58,091 bases of DNA. It comes from a virus (lineage: Duplodnaviria > Caudoviricetes). Of the stretch, positions 37,165-46,628 are shown piece by piece. Numbering within the stretch: the first letter of the stretch is position 1; each line of letters begins with the position of its first letter. Made by a program: the position numbers and the translations under genes. The notes below the pieces were generated by a model. The model had not been told where the DNA came from. It was given only the letters and a program-made list of their open reading frames with translations, and did not search any database. The stretch spans positions 1 to 58,091 of the IMG/VR virus record IMGVR_UViG_3300032282_000782. The stretch is one strand, 5' to 3'.

Positions 37165-37454
37165 GATTTCCTCTTAGCTCTCTTTGCTGTTGGTGTGTTC
37201 TTCTTTACAGAAGAGTCTGGGTTACGACTGAACGAACTGTTCTCTGACTTGGACCTGATGCGCTGGTTGGATGGTGTGTTACCACCACCTTTGCTTAGGG
37301 GGACAATATGGTCAATCTCTTTACCGTCCCCTACTGCAACTTTACCAGCCTTGATAGCCTGTCTACGTGCCTTGTTACGGGCAACACGCTTAGCAATCTG
37401 GTCAGGCTTAGCTTTGTATTCGTTCTCTTTTTGGTAGTCTCTAGGCTTTGTCAT
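37161..37454 (-). CDS. Small HNH endonuclease-like protein
   Basis: RDY.KE, R..RN.ARR, GDGK.IDHIVPLSKGG....SN.......N. Confidence 0.8.
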   Translation of the reverse strand: MTKPRDYQKENEYKAKPDQIAKRVARNKARRQAIKAGKVAVGDGKEIDHIVPLSKGGGNTPSNQRIRSKSENSSFSRNPDSSVKKNTPTAKRAKRKS

Positions 37455-37464
37455 GGCGTCTATT

Positions 37465-37692
37465 CTAATCCTCCTGAGTCATGCTGTCAATGATTATTTG
37501 TTGCTTAGCTACTTCAAGCAGGAAGACGTTCTCTGCCTGTGAAGCCTGGGAAGTGCCTACATACAGAGAACCATCCTTGGTCATACCAATAACTACTACC
37601 GTCTCTAAGCTAGCCTCCAGAGCGCCTGTCAAGACCCTCTCTGGAAGGATGTCTAATGATGTCGGCCAGTTCTGGTCTACTACTTCACCCAT
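37465..37692 (-). CDS. Conserved hypothetical protein
   Basis: T.LDI...RVL.GA.....VVVIG...DG..Y pattern. Confidence 0.65.
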   Translation of the reverse strand: MGEVVDQNWPTSLDILPERVLTGALEASLETVVVIGMTKDGSLYVGTSQASQAENVFLLEVAKQQIIIDSMTQED

Positions 37693-37886
37693 TTGAGTTC
37701 GTACTCCCTTACATTACCGTGCCGTACTTCCACGGGTTCCCACACAGTTTCTCCTTGTCTTAGAAATTCAAGGGACCACTTACCGGCGGGGTTCCCTTCG
37801 ATGTCGGTATAGGTGTAATCTACACCCCGAATATCAACGATAGGTTTTTTATTGAACACTAGTTCACCCCTCTCTTCTACGCCCAT
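37680..37886 (-). CDS. Hypothetical protein
   Basis: Fills the gap after nrdB. Confidence 0.5.
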   Translation of the reverse strand: MGVEERGELVFNKKPIVDIRGVDYTYTDIEGNPAGKWSLEFLRQGETVWEPVEVRHGNVREYELKWVK

Positions 37887-38857
37887 ACTTCACCCCAATC
37901 TCCTGTTAGTGCCCCTTTAGCGTAGTCTGTTGCCCTGTTCTCAAAGAAGTTGGTGTGGATAGGAGCGTTAATCATTTCCTCTACCCAAGGCAGTGGATTC
38001 TTCTTTACTTTGTAGATGCCCTTCATACCCATAGAAATGAGACGACGATCTGCGATGTAGCGGATGTACTGCTTTACTTGGTCAGCGGTAAGATCAGGCA
38101 TGTCCCCCATTGAGAATGCTAGGTCAATGAACTTATCCTCAAGCTCAACCATCTTTGTAGCAATAGTGTATATCTTGCCCTTTAATTCGTCGTTCCAGAT
38201 TTCCCTGTTCTCTTCGATGTAGGTACGGAACAGTTTAATCATGGACTCGGCGTGCATAGTCTCATCGACAATAGACCACGTTACGATCTGCCCCATACCC
38301 CTCATAAGCCCATGTCTTGGGAAGTTCAAAAGCATAATGAACGAAGAGAACAACTGCATCCCTTCTGTAAAGGCTGAGAAAGTAGCAATGTTTGTTGCTG
38401 TGGCTTCAAGTGAGCCGTCTTCAGCGGACACCTGGAGAATGTACTCATGCTTCTCCCGCATTTCAGCGTACTCTAAGAACTCGTTGTATGTCGATTCTGG
38501 CATACCCAAGGTTTCAATTAGGTGAGAGTAGGCTGCAATGTGTAAAGCCTCACGTGCAGCAAACCCCAGAAGCATCATACGGATTTCTGGCTGAGGGAAG
38601 TGTGGGAGGTAGTTAGTCACGTACCCACCAGCAACGTCAATGTCCCCCTGTGTAAAGAACCGGAAGATGTTAGTTAAGAAGTGTTTCTGCTCTTTGGATA
38701 GGTTATTCTTCCAGTTCTTCACATCTTCATTCATGGGGACTTCTGAGTGTAGCCAGTGGCTCTGCTCATGCTTCAACCAAGCGTCGTAAGCCCAGGAGTA
38801 GTTGAATGGTTTGAAGTAGTGGCGTTCTTCGGTAAGGTTGTTCCTACGCTTAATCAT
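37877..38857 (-). CDS. nrdB: Ribonucleotide reductase class I beta subunit
   Basis: FFTQGD, EALHIAAY (radical Tyr), EGMQLFSSF, DETMH, NFFE. Confidence 0.95.
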   Translation of the reverse strand: MIKRRNNLTEERHYFKPFNYSWAYDAWLKHEQSHWLHSEVPMNEDVKNWKNNLSKEQKHFLTNIFRFFTQGDIDVAGGYVTNYLPHFPQPEIRMMLLGFAAREALHIAAYSHLIETLGMPESTYNEFLEYAEMREKHEYILQVSAEDGSLEATATNIATFSAFTEGMQLFSSFIMLLNFPRHGLMRGMGQIVTWSIVDETMHAESMIKLFRTYIEENREIWNDELKGKIYTIATKMVELEDKFIDLAFSMGDMPDLTADQVKQYIRYIADRRLISMGMKGIYKVKKNPLPWVEEMINAPIHTNFFENRATDYAKGALTGDWGEVWA

Positions 38858-38858
38858 G

Positions 38859-40676
38859 TTAACCCTCACATGCTAGGCAATTTTCGCCTTCGACAATAGC
38901 GTGTAAATCAATCTCTTGAATAATGCTACGCTCAATCTTCTCAGATACCTTGTCGGCCTTGGCCAACTTCTCTGACCGGCAGTAGTACAACGTCTTTAGG
39001 CCAAGCTTCCAGGCCATGAAGTGGACAGCGTGGAGGTACTTGATGTGTGTGGTTGGCCGGAAGAACACGTTAAGGCTCTGTGACTGGTCAATGAACTTCT
39101 GCCTGTCGGCTGCGTGTTCAATGATCCACCGCTGGTCAATCTCCATAGAAGTCTTGAATACATCACGTGTGTATTCGTCCAGGAAGGCTAGGTGTTGTGC
39201 TGAGCCATCGTTAGCAATGATAGACGACCACACTTCGTCGTAGTTAAGTTTCTTGTTCTCTTCACAATGCTTACGGACAAGCTTATCAAGGTACTTGTTC
39301 TTGTTAAGGTGAGCGCCAGAGAGTGTGTCCTGGCGGTAGGCGTTAGCACGGAAAGGCTCAATGGAGGGTGATGTGTTACCCATAATGATGGACGAAGAAG
39401 CATTGGGGGCAATGGACATAAGGTGACAGAAGCGTTTACCAGTGCCAGCAGCATCTGGGGCTTCGCCCCGTTCTAGTCCAAGCTCAATGTTAGCTTCGTC
39501 CAGCCCTTCGCGGATGTGCTTGAAGATGCGGATGTTGGCTGATTTAGCTAGTGCGCTCTCCCAAGGAATGTTGTGCTTCTGTAAGTACGCATGGAAACCT
39601 AACGCACCAACACCAATAGAGCGTTCGCGCTTAGCTGAGTAGATAGCCCTCTTCACTGTCTTTGGAGCATTGTCAATAAAATGTTGGAGAACATTGTCCA
39701 ACATTTCAGCAATATCACTTAGGATACCAGGGTTCTTCTTCCACTCATCGAAGTACTCAAGGTTAAGGGACGACAAACAACAGACCGCTGTGCGATCCTT
39801 GTCTGTTGGCAGGACAATCTCAGAGCAAAGGTTAGACTGACGAATCTTTAGCCCAAGTTTCTTCTGGGAAGGGTTCATAAGCCTATTGGAAGTGTCAATG
39901 AAGTGAAGGTAAGGTTCACCTGTCTGGGTTCGTAGTTCCAGGATTCGCTGCCACAATTCCTTGGCAGACACAGTTTCACGGACCTCATTGTTGTGCGGGT
40001 CACGGAGGTTCCAATCGTCACTGGCCGCTGGGTCCAGCATACACCGCTCAATGATTTCCATGAAGTCATCTGTGATGTTGATGCCGTGATGCAGGTTAAG
40101 GCACCGGATATTCTGGTCGCCTGTACCACGACGCATTTCAAGGAACATAGAAATGTCAGGGTGGCTGATGTCTAGGTAAGCAGCGTAAGAACCGCGACGG
40201 GTGCTGCCCTGCCGGTAAGCTAAGCAGGAGGCATCGTAAGTCCGTAGGTGAGCCATAACACCAACAGACTTGTCATCAGCAGACCGGATACCAACACCAA
40301 TGCCAATACCACCACCTAACATTGACAGCCAGTTAACCTCTGCCTGACACTCCACCAAACCCTCAGCGGAGTCGTCAAGGTACGGTAAGAAGCAGGAGAT
40401 AGGTAGTCCACGTTTTGTCCTCCCGTAAGCAAGGACAGGAGTAGCGTAGGACACCCAATGCTTGGAAGCGTAGTCATAGAGGCGTTGGGCGTGTTCTGGG
40501 TTGCTGGCAAAAGCTGCACTGACAAAGGCGAACCGTTCCTGTGGGGAAGCTTCGTCGTCCCGCATGTACGACTCACGCAGTCGCTTTAAGCCAAGCTCAT
40601 CAAACAGGCTGTCACGTGTGTAGTCTACAACGACACCGTGGACTTTAGTGACACTGGCTTTAGGCATGGGGATCAT
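38859..40676 (-). CDS. nrdA: Ribonucleotide reductase class I alpha subunit (no ATP cone)
   Basis: ISCF, GGGIG, SNLCSEI, APNASSS, DQSQS.N, KTLYY, C-terminal CLAC. Confidence 0.95.
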   Translation of the reverse strand: MIPMPKASVTKVHGVVVDYTRDSLFDELGLKRLRESYMRDDEASPQERFAFVSAAFASNPEHAQRLYDYASKHWVSYATPVLAYGRTKRGLPISCFLPYLDDSAEGLVECQAEVNWLSMLGGGIGIGVGIRSADDKSVGVMAHLRTYDASCLAYRQGSTRRGSYAAYLDISHPDISMFLEMRRGTGDQNIRCLNLHHGINITDDFMEIIERCMLDPAASDDWNLRDPHNNEVRETVSAKELWQRILELRTQTGEPYLHFIDTSNRLMNPSQKKLGLKIRQSNLCSEIVLPTDKDRTAVCCLSSLNLEYFDEWKKNPGILSDIAEMLDNVLQHFIDNAPKTVKRAIYSAKRERSIGVGALGFHAYLQKHNIPWESALAKSANIRIFKHIREGLDEANIELGLERGEAPDAAGTGKRFCHLMSIAPNASSSIIMGNTSPSIEPFRANAYRQDTLSGAHLNKNKYLDKLVRKHCEENKKLNYDEVWSSIIANDGSAQHLAFLDEYTRDVFKTSMEIDQRWIIEHAADRQKFIDQSQSLNVFFRPTTHIKYLHAVHFMAWKLGLKTLYYCRSEKLAKADKVSEKIERSIIQEIDLHAIVEGENCLACEG

Positions 40677-41005
40677 ACTCCGTCTGGATTGATAAGATAG
40701 GTTCTGTGAGGGGTAGTTGAACTACTATTATCCCCCTCTTGCTGATCCTTAGCAAGGGTATCAATAGCCATCATTGCATAGTGTATGATCTTGAACAAAT
40801 CTTTCTTATTCTTACCTTCTTTCTTACCGTACCGCTGGGCATACTTCATAATATTACCCAAGCAGAAACCCTCTCCAAACCCTGCATCAATAATAAACTC
40901 AGTGGCTTGATACTTACCATGTGAGTAATGCTGAGAATAGGTTTCGTCTACGTACTTACGTAACTCTGTTATAGTCACATCTTCATTGTATTTGTACTTA
41001 ATCAT
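40673..41005 (-). CDS. DUF3310-like protein (T7 gp1.7 nucleotide kinase-related)
   Basis: HY, GFC.GN.MKY..R.GKK....DL.K..HY. Confidence 0.7.
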   Translation of the reverse strand: MIKYKYNEDVTITELRKYVDETYSQHYSHGKYQATEFIIDAGFGEGFCLGNIMKYAQRYGKKEGKNKKDLFKIIHYAMMAIDTLAKDQQEGDNSSSTTPHRTYLINPDGV

Positions 41006-41016
41006 ATAAGTGATCC

Positions 41017-41376
41017 TTACTTAAAGGACAATACAGTATTGATCCTCTTCCTGACGAAGGGAATATCTTGGGATACTAATACTTGGAAAGCAAACGAGCG
41101 CATACGGAGAGGGGACACCCCAGCTAAGTCACATACTTCGTTAAAGTCTTCTGCTGTGACACCTACAGAGGCCAGGAACCATGCCTTAGCTTGGTCCCTT
41201 GCTACCTTTTCGTCCTCTGGTTCCTTTGGTGTCTCTGGCTTTGTTGCGTCCAGGAGTGCTTGAAGCAGTACGCTTAGGAACAGGATTCTTTCTGGCTGGC
41301 TTTGCTGGGTCTTGTTTAGGACTGCTTGCTCTATCTCCTGGAACAAGTCTTGGGATTGTGGTAGTTCCTTGCTCAC
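41017..41376 (-). CDS. Conserved hypothetical protein
   Basis: ER.LF..V..QAL.D, A.AWF, DF..VCDLAG. Confidence 0.7.
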   Translation of the reverse strand: MSKELPQSQDLFQEIEQAVLNKTQQSQPERILFLSVLLQALLDATKPETPKEPEDEKVARDQAKAWFLASVGVTAEDFNEVCDLAGVSPLRMRSFAFQVLVSQDIPFVRKRINTVLSFK

Positions 41377-41743
41377 TTACCCACGCCCTGATAACGCTGT
41401 GGTCCTTGGCAGAACAGAACTGAATACCATGTTTACTGCACCAATCAGCATAAGTTGACTTAGCTCCTTTATAAAGTTTATTGTTGGGATTGTCAAACAC
41501 AATCCGTATGTCGTCAAATATGTTGGACTTCCTGACTAGTAACTGCTTCTGCCTATCGGTGGCAGTGAACCTTCCTTTGACTTCCAGGATGATGCCGTTA
41601 GGGAGTACGAAGTCTGGTAGGTACTTACGTGTCTGTTCTACACGGTATGGGATGTAGTAAGGCTCAAACTGAAAAGGACACTTAGCAGCCTTTAACACAT
41701 CTGCTAAGCGTCTCTCTGAGCCTGAGCGGTACTTGTTCACCAC
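41186..41743 (-). CDS. Endonuclease I (T7 gp3-like Holliday junction resolvase)
   Basis: YRSG.E, Y.PDF.LPNGI.LE.KG.F...DR.K, DIR.VF, TYADWC.KHG. Confidence 0.9.
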   Translation of the reverse strand: MVNKYRSGSERRLADVLKAAKCPFQFEPYYIPYRVEQTRKYLPDFVLPNGIILEVKGRFTATDRQKQLLVRKSNIFDDIRIVFDNPNNKLYKGAKSTYADWCSKHGIQFCSAKDHSVIRAWVSEQGTTTIPRLVPGDRASSPKQDPAKPARKNPVPKRTASSTPGRNKARDTKGTRGRKGSKGPS

Positions 41744-42592
41744 TTAGGTTATTTCTTCCACTTGAGGTAGCTTTTCCACATGCACAAAATGCTTTGGCCC
41801 ATTAGCATAAGCAAATGTACGCAAACCCCTACCGCCGTTAGAATCGCTCCAACACATAAACCTAAAATCGCAATAACCGCAGCTACTGTCCAGGCCAAGA
41901 TTACCAGACTTTCCATCAGGTACTGGCTCATAACATCTTTCAGGCGGGGTGGCACTTGCTACAACCTCCTTAATCTTCTTGATCCTGGTAGTGGGGTTAA
42001 TCATGTCCATAGCGTCAACCTTAGCTACAGCAATGTCCCCACCGGACTTGTCAATGGCAATAAACGCTGCCTCAGTCTTACCTTGAGCCTTGGCGTAGGC
42101 GGATATCTGGGCAATGTAACCAAATGGATCGTTGTTAGTTAGAGAGCCATCAACGAACTTCTTGAAGCCGTAACTTGATGCACTCTTGAAATCTATGACC
42201 ACACCGTCTACACATCCATCGGTGTGCCCTTTAACGCCTTCAATCTCTAGTTCCTTCTGCTGGTCCGTTACGATGTGACCAGACGCCTTAGTAAAGAGAA
42301 CCAGGAGAGCTTCCAGGATGTTGCCGTATAGGAACTTGATGTAGGTTGGGCCGTTAAGCTGTTCCCTCTCGTCTCTTGGGGTGTTCATTTCGTACCATAG
42401 CTTCCTGTCCTTCTTACCAATACCGGACATACGAAGCTTGTCTTCATGGTCGTCGCCAGAAAGAGAGGAGACAACAGCCGCACTGATATCATTGAGAAAA
42501 CACGCCAAGTCTTCTTCTTTTAGAACTGTTTTGTTGCCTGACGTAAATAAACTGTAGATGTCTTCCACAAGGGTATCAATGGTTTTAGTCAC
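41744..42592 (-). CDS. PD-(D/E)XK exonuclease (Cas4-like phage family)
   Basis: LRMS.IG...R.LW, KF.YG..LE, GH.D..D.KSAS, D.FGY..Q...Y, C.YC.....C. Confidence 0.8.
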   Translation of the reverse strand: MTKTIDTLVEDIYSLFTSGNKTVLKEEDLACFLNDISAAVVSSLSGDDHEDKLRMSGIGKKDRKLWYEMNTPRDEREQLNGPTYIKFLYGNILEALLVLFTKASGHIVTDQQKELEIEGVKGHTDGCVDGVVIDFKSASSYGFKKFVDGSLTNNDPFGYIAQISAYAKAQGKTEAAFIAIDKSGGDIAVAKVDAMDMINPTTRIKKIKEVVASATPPERCYEPVPDGKSGNLGLDSSCGYCDFRFMCWSDSNGGRGLRTFAYANGPKHFVHVEKLPQVEEIT

Positions 42593-42622
42593 GGTGCTGT
42601 TGCCTCCTAGTTAGTTTAAAAG

Positions 42623-42835
42623 TTAAGCAGCCTGACGAAGTAGTGAGTAGCGGGTGTAGACATCACCCTCTGGTGTGGTTTCACGGACTGACTTAATCTG
42701 GAAGCCTTTGCGACGAAGGCGTGAGATGGTAGCAGTTAGGTTCTCACACCAACCATTCTCAATGGCGGTCTTGCGGGTAACACGGTTACGGCGCTTGAGA
42801 GCCGATAGAACAAGTTTCTCTGTAGTAGTCTTCAC
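42623..42835 (-). CDS. Winged-HTH DNA-binding protein
   Basis: T...A......L.A.IS.LR..G..I.....Y..Y.L. Confidence 0.7.
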   Translation of the reverse strand: MKTTTEKLVLSALKRRNRVTRKTAIENGWCENLTATISRLRRKGFQIKSVRETTPEGDVYTRYSLLRQAA

Positions 42836-43107
42836 TTCTTAGCTCCTGTTGTGGTAAAGTCTATTGTCTTAATACGCCCCTTAACCATTCCTCTCGGGAT
42901 GGAGAAGGTGTTGACCCAACTGTCTTCATGGAAGCCCATAGCCAACACAAGGATAGTCTTGTCGTTCTTTACAAGGTATCCACGTGTTGTAACTAATGGT
43001 AACTGCGTCTTAGCAACTTCCTTGTCAGTTGACCAAGCAGCGTTCCCTTCAGCGTCATACCACAACACTTCTACGAAACGCTTCTTGGTCTTCTGAGAGC
43101 TTGTCAT
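42832..43107 (-). CDS. Conserved hypothetical protein
   Basis: V.V.W.DA....W...T.GYL...IP.GMV. Confidence 0.65.
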   Translation of the reverse strand: MTSSQKTKKRFVEVLWYDAEGNAAWSTDKEVAKTQLPLVTTRGYLVKNDKTILVLAMGFHEDSWVNTFSIPRGMVKGRIKTIDFTTTGAKK

Positions 43108-43111
43108 GATG

Positions 43112-43615
43112 TTAGAAAGGTACTGCTTCTTCCATGTCACGGACGCCAACGGTGTAGCCGTCTGCTACAACATCGAAGCCGTCACGGCTGTATTCAACCA
43201 GATTGATAACCTGTACGCCAACTAGGTCTGATGTTCGACCAGACTTACCTGCATAATCGTAGTTGAAAGCAGTGAAGCGAACATTGGCAATAGAACCGTT
43301 ACCAATGAGTTTACGTGGGTCCCATTCATTTAGCCGGGAATCAATAACACGGGGTGGGTCGTTACGGGTACCATCCTGGCGCATAACCCTATGCTTCAGG
43401 CTGATGAAGTCACCACGTGCGTCACCTTTGTTCTTAACAGTTAGGCCATCGTCTTCAACGATCTTACGTGTAGCTGGTGTAAGGCAGAGGTCCACGCACC
43501 ACTGTGGTTCAAAGGTTGTATTGGGTTCAATAACTTGCGCCCAATAAATTGGTCCCTGAATGGTGTGGGTCTTCTTGTCACGATCATTCGATGAAGTCTT
43601 CTTTGATGGTGCCAT
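43112..43615 (-). CDS. ssb: Single-stranded DNA-binding protein (T7 gp2.5-like)
   Basis: G..YWA, IGNGS...V, VQV..LVEY, acidic tail ending in Phe. Confidence 0.8.
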   Translation of the reverse strand: MAPSKKTSSNDRDKKTHTIQGPIYWAQVIEPNTTFEPQWCVDLCLTPATRKIVEDDGLTVKNKGDARGDFISLKHRVMRQDGTRNDPPRVIDSRLNEWDPRKLIGNGSIANVRFTAFNYDYAGKSGRTSDLVGVQVINLVEYSRDGFDVVADGYTVGVRDMEEAVPF

Positions 43616-43673
43616 GTGATTAAGTTCCTTTTTAAGTTTCATGTTAAGGTAGAGATACGCTTTAATGAGGAGT

Positions 43674-43702
43674 AGTCTATACTGTTGGTTTGCGTGTGTC
43701 AA
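43674..43702 (-). promoter_or_regulatory. Sigma70-like promoter upstream of ssb
   Basis: Minus strand TTGACA-17 nt-TAGACT. Confidence 0.65.
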
Positions 43703-44189
43703 CAACTATTTTTAATAAATCTTCAATTGGCTCTAGTTCATGGACAAACGCTGTGTAGCAGTCTTGTCTGAATGTCAAGTTTCTGTCGGTGTCTCCTTTC
43801 TTCCAGTGTTTAGCTTTAGCATAGAAATCTGTAGAAGTCAAGTACCCTGGTAACCATGCCTTGGTGTTGTCGTTCTTAATGAACACGAAAGCATAGATGT
43901 CACAGTCTTGTCTCTTTACGTTGGATACAGCTACGTTGAAGTCCTGTCTTGGGGCTGCTCTAATGAACTTAGTCTTTACGTCCAGCTTACGTCCATCCGG
44001 TAGCTCCATGTCGTACTGGTAGGTGCTAGTGATCGGGACACCAAGGTACTCTGACACAACAAGCTCTCCCAGGGTGGGGACAGCGTTACCGTAGGCGTGT
44101 ATCCTTGGAGTAGAGAACTGAAGGTTCAGCTTACTGGATACAAGCTTAGCTTTGTCTAACAGGCTCGGTGGTATTTCAAATGTTAACAT
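43677..44189 (-). CDS. Putative PD-(D/E)XK nuclease-like protein
   Basis: LGE, YD......DVKT, Q.CD.Y.F, G..D. Confidence 0.6.
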   Translation of the reverse strand: MLTFEIPPSLLDKAKLVSSKLNLQFSTPRIHAYGNAVPTLGELVVSEYLGVPITSTYQYDMELPDGRKLDVKTKFIRAAPRQDFNVAVSNVKRQDCDIYAFVFIKNDNTKAWLPGYLTSTDFYAKAKHWKKGDTDRNLTFRQDCYTAFVHELEPIEDLLKIVVDTRKPTV

Positions 44190-44190
44190 A

Positions 44191-45915
44191 TTAGTGAGTC
44201 TCCTGCCAAGTGGTCCCAATCTTAAAGCCGCTGTCCAGTGGACACTTGGACCCTACAAGTAACTCTGTGTTCTTGATAGCCAACTTTGTGATGGCTCCAA
44301 GCTGTTCAGCGTGTTCCTTACGTACTTCAAACTGGTATTCGTCGTGGATGGATGCAACAAGCTTAACATCCAGCTTAGCTTCTCTGTATAGCTTAGTAAT
44401 CTCTACAAGCCACTGCTTACACACAACAGCGCCAGCACCTTGAATTAGCAGGTTCATAGCTGCGTGTGGTGAACGTACAGTCAACCGTCTACCGTCCATA
44501 CCAACAAGGTAACCACGTTTAGCTGACATTTCTACACGGCTGCGTAATGTAGCTAGTGCTGGGGTGTTCTCTAGGAAGCTTGTAATGAGACGCTGCCCAT
44601 CCTTTGCTGAGCCGCCCGCAATGGCTCCAATCTTAGCTGGACCGGCACCATAGATAAAGGCGTAGATAAACGTCTTAGCTTGATCCCTGGTGTCCAAGCC
44701 AGCAGCCTTCTGGTTAGCGGTGTGTACGTCACCTTCTGTGACTTCCTTGATAAACTTTAGGTCACCCATGTAGTGAGCTAAGGCTCTTAGTTCAAGAGAA
44801 GCAGCATCGCAGCCAAGAAGGTGATAACCAAAAGAAGATACCGTCCAACATTCCCTGCACTCTTTACCATACGGGGAATAAGATGCTGGCACTTGAGCCA
44901 TATTAGGACCGCTATGGCCCATTCTGTTAGAGATAGCTTGAAGCGTTGATACCCTACCGTGAACCTTACCATCTTGTCCTACCTTATCTAACCAACTGGT
45001 TACCTGTGCCTGTCTCTTTTCTACCATAAGGTACTCAGCAATGAGCTTAGCCTCTGGTATGTTAAGAGTTTCAAGCGTTGTTTCGTCTACTATAGCCTGT
45101 CCCTTCTCTGTGAAGTTCTTAGGCTTCCACCCACGGAACTCCAACTGCCTGACAATCTGCTGGCGTGACGACAGATTGAACTCAGGCCACTCAATGATGC
45201 TGTGTGGACCAGCAACAGAAGCCTTATCTTCAAGATGGTTAAGGCCAACAGCAGATAGCTGACCATCTTGTTTGTACTTAGGTACACAGTCTCTAACGTG
45301 TACAGGCAGCGGAAGGAATGACCGTTGTACTTCGTCCTCTAAGACCTTAGCACGTTCCTGTAGCCGTGCCTGTAGCAGCATAGCCTTCTGACAATCAAGA
45401 GTAAAGCCATTACGCTCCTGCTCAGTAATTAACTCACGTACCTTGTACTCTAGCTCTATGCTCTTACGTGAGAAGAGCTTCATGTTAGGCTGGAAGTGGT
45501 TCCATAGTTTGTGTGTTAAGTTAACGTCATTCTTACAATAGTCAATCATATAGGATGTAACTGGACCATCAAAGTCTGGTGGTTCCATTTTGGGAAACTG
45601 TAGCTGCTTGCCCCAGTACTCCAGTGAGTGTTTACCTAGTGGGTAAAACATATACGACAGGATCATTGTGTCCTCACACTGTTCTGTCTTAATGTCTGTA
45701 CCAAGAAGACGGTTCAGTGTGGGGACATCAAAGTCAATGATGTTGTGACCAATGAATGTAGTATTGTTGTCTTTAACGAACTCAGGGAATTTGTAGTTTA
45801 TTTCCCCGGCTGTAGACCATGCGTAGTAAGCACCTGTGTCTATGTCTTTAGCTATGATGCACTTAACTATTGTGCATGGGATAAGGTCTGTCTCAATGTC
45901 AAGTACTAACCTCAT
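44191..45915 (-). CDS. polA: Family A DNA polymerase (T7 gp5-like)
   Basis: Exo motifs DIET, GHNI..FD, YC..DV; pol motifs DAASLELR, AKTFIYAFIYG, IHDE. Confidence 0.95.
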   Translation of the reverse strand: MRLVLDIETDLIPCTIVKCIIAKDIDTGAYYAWSTAGEINYKFPEFVKDNNTTFIGHNIIDFDVPTLNRLLGTDIKTEQCEDTMILSYMFYPLGKHSLEYWGKQLQFPKMEPPDFDGPVTSYMIDYCKNDVNLTHKLWNHFQPNMKLFSRKSIELEYKVRELITEQERNGFTLDCQKAMLLQARLQERAKVLEDEVQRSFLPLPVHVRDCVPKYKQDGQLSAVGLNHLEDKASVAGPHSIIEWPEFNLSSRQQIVRQLEFRGWKPKNFTEKGQAIVDETTLETLNIPEAKLIAEYLMVEKRQAQVTSWLDKVGQDGKVHGRVSTLQAISNRMGHSGPNMAQVPASYSPYGKECRECWTVSSFGYHLLGCDAASLELRALAHYMGDLKFIKEVTEGDVHTANQKAAGLDTRDQAKTFIYAFIYGAGPAKIGAIAGGSAKDGQRLITSFLENTPALATLRSRVEMSAKRGYLVGMDGRRLTVRSPHAAMNLLIQGAGAVVCKQWLVEITKLYREAKLDVKLVASIHDEYQFEVRKEHAEQLGAITKLAIKNTELLVGSKCPLDSGFKIGTTWQETH

Positions 45916-46171
45916 GACCCATACCCTCTTTCTTCCAATCCAAGAACTTGAATGGTAGCTTATCTAGCTTAGCTTGTCCAGCGCCATCTACACGAACTTC
46001 GTTGTCATTGATACACTGGTACAGGACATCTTTGTTGGACCCAACGTATGCCGCTGTCTTTGGTTGCCCTTTCTCAGTGTAGTAACATAGCATCCACTGG
46101 TTTTCGTCGCTAGTCAAGAACCACATGTTATTCAGTGGGATGTTCAGCTTCTTCTGTTGTGGTTTGCTCAT
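45899..46171 (-). CDS. Hypothetical protein
   Basis: SD..QW.L motif; overlaps its neighbours. Confidence 0.6.
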   Translation of the reverse strand: MSKPQQKKLNIPLNNMWFLTSDENQWMLCYYTEKGQPKTAAYVGSNKDVLYQCINDNEVRVDGAGQAKLDKLPFKFLDWKKEGMGHEVST

Positions 46172-46628
46172 CTTCCATACTCTCTATCTTGGCTTTAAGG
46201 TTTAGAGCCAACTGGTATAGCTCTTGCCATGAGGCCGACTGTTTAATAGTGTTCGCTTTGCTTGATATAACCCATACATTCCCTTTAACGTAACCCTTAG
46301 TTGGGTCTATACGATCCACTGACGGGCTATTGGGCGTTGGCCCAGATTTCCCTGACCCCCTGCCCGATACCAGGGGTATCCCCAGTAACGGGCAGTGTGT
46401 TGGCGCTACAACATCCTCCTTGTCTAAATTAAAGTCCAATCCCTTTTTCTTAGCCCTGCCACGAAGACTGTGTATAGTAAGAGAAAGAGGGTCTTTGTCT
46501 AAAGTAACCCTGTACGATCTTCCAGGATTATTTATAGCGTATTGCTTCTTAACGTCACGGTATCTTTCTAAATTAGCAAGCCGATACCGTTTGTCAGAAG
46601 CAGCGCGTTTCTCTTTATCATAAGTCAT
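46128..46628 (-). CDS. HNH homing endonuclease
   Basis: RAKKKG..F, CP.LG, PSVDRIDP.KGYV.GNVWVIS..AN..K. Confidence 0.85.
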   Translation of the reverse strand: MTYDKEKRAASDKRYRLANLERYRDVKKQYAINNPGRSYRVTLDKDPLSLTIHSLRGRAKKKGLDFNLDKEDVVAPTHCPLLGIPLVSGRGSGKSGPTPNSPSVDRIDPTKGYVKGNVWVISSKANTIKQSASWQELYQLALNLKAKIESMEDEQTTTEEAEHPTE

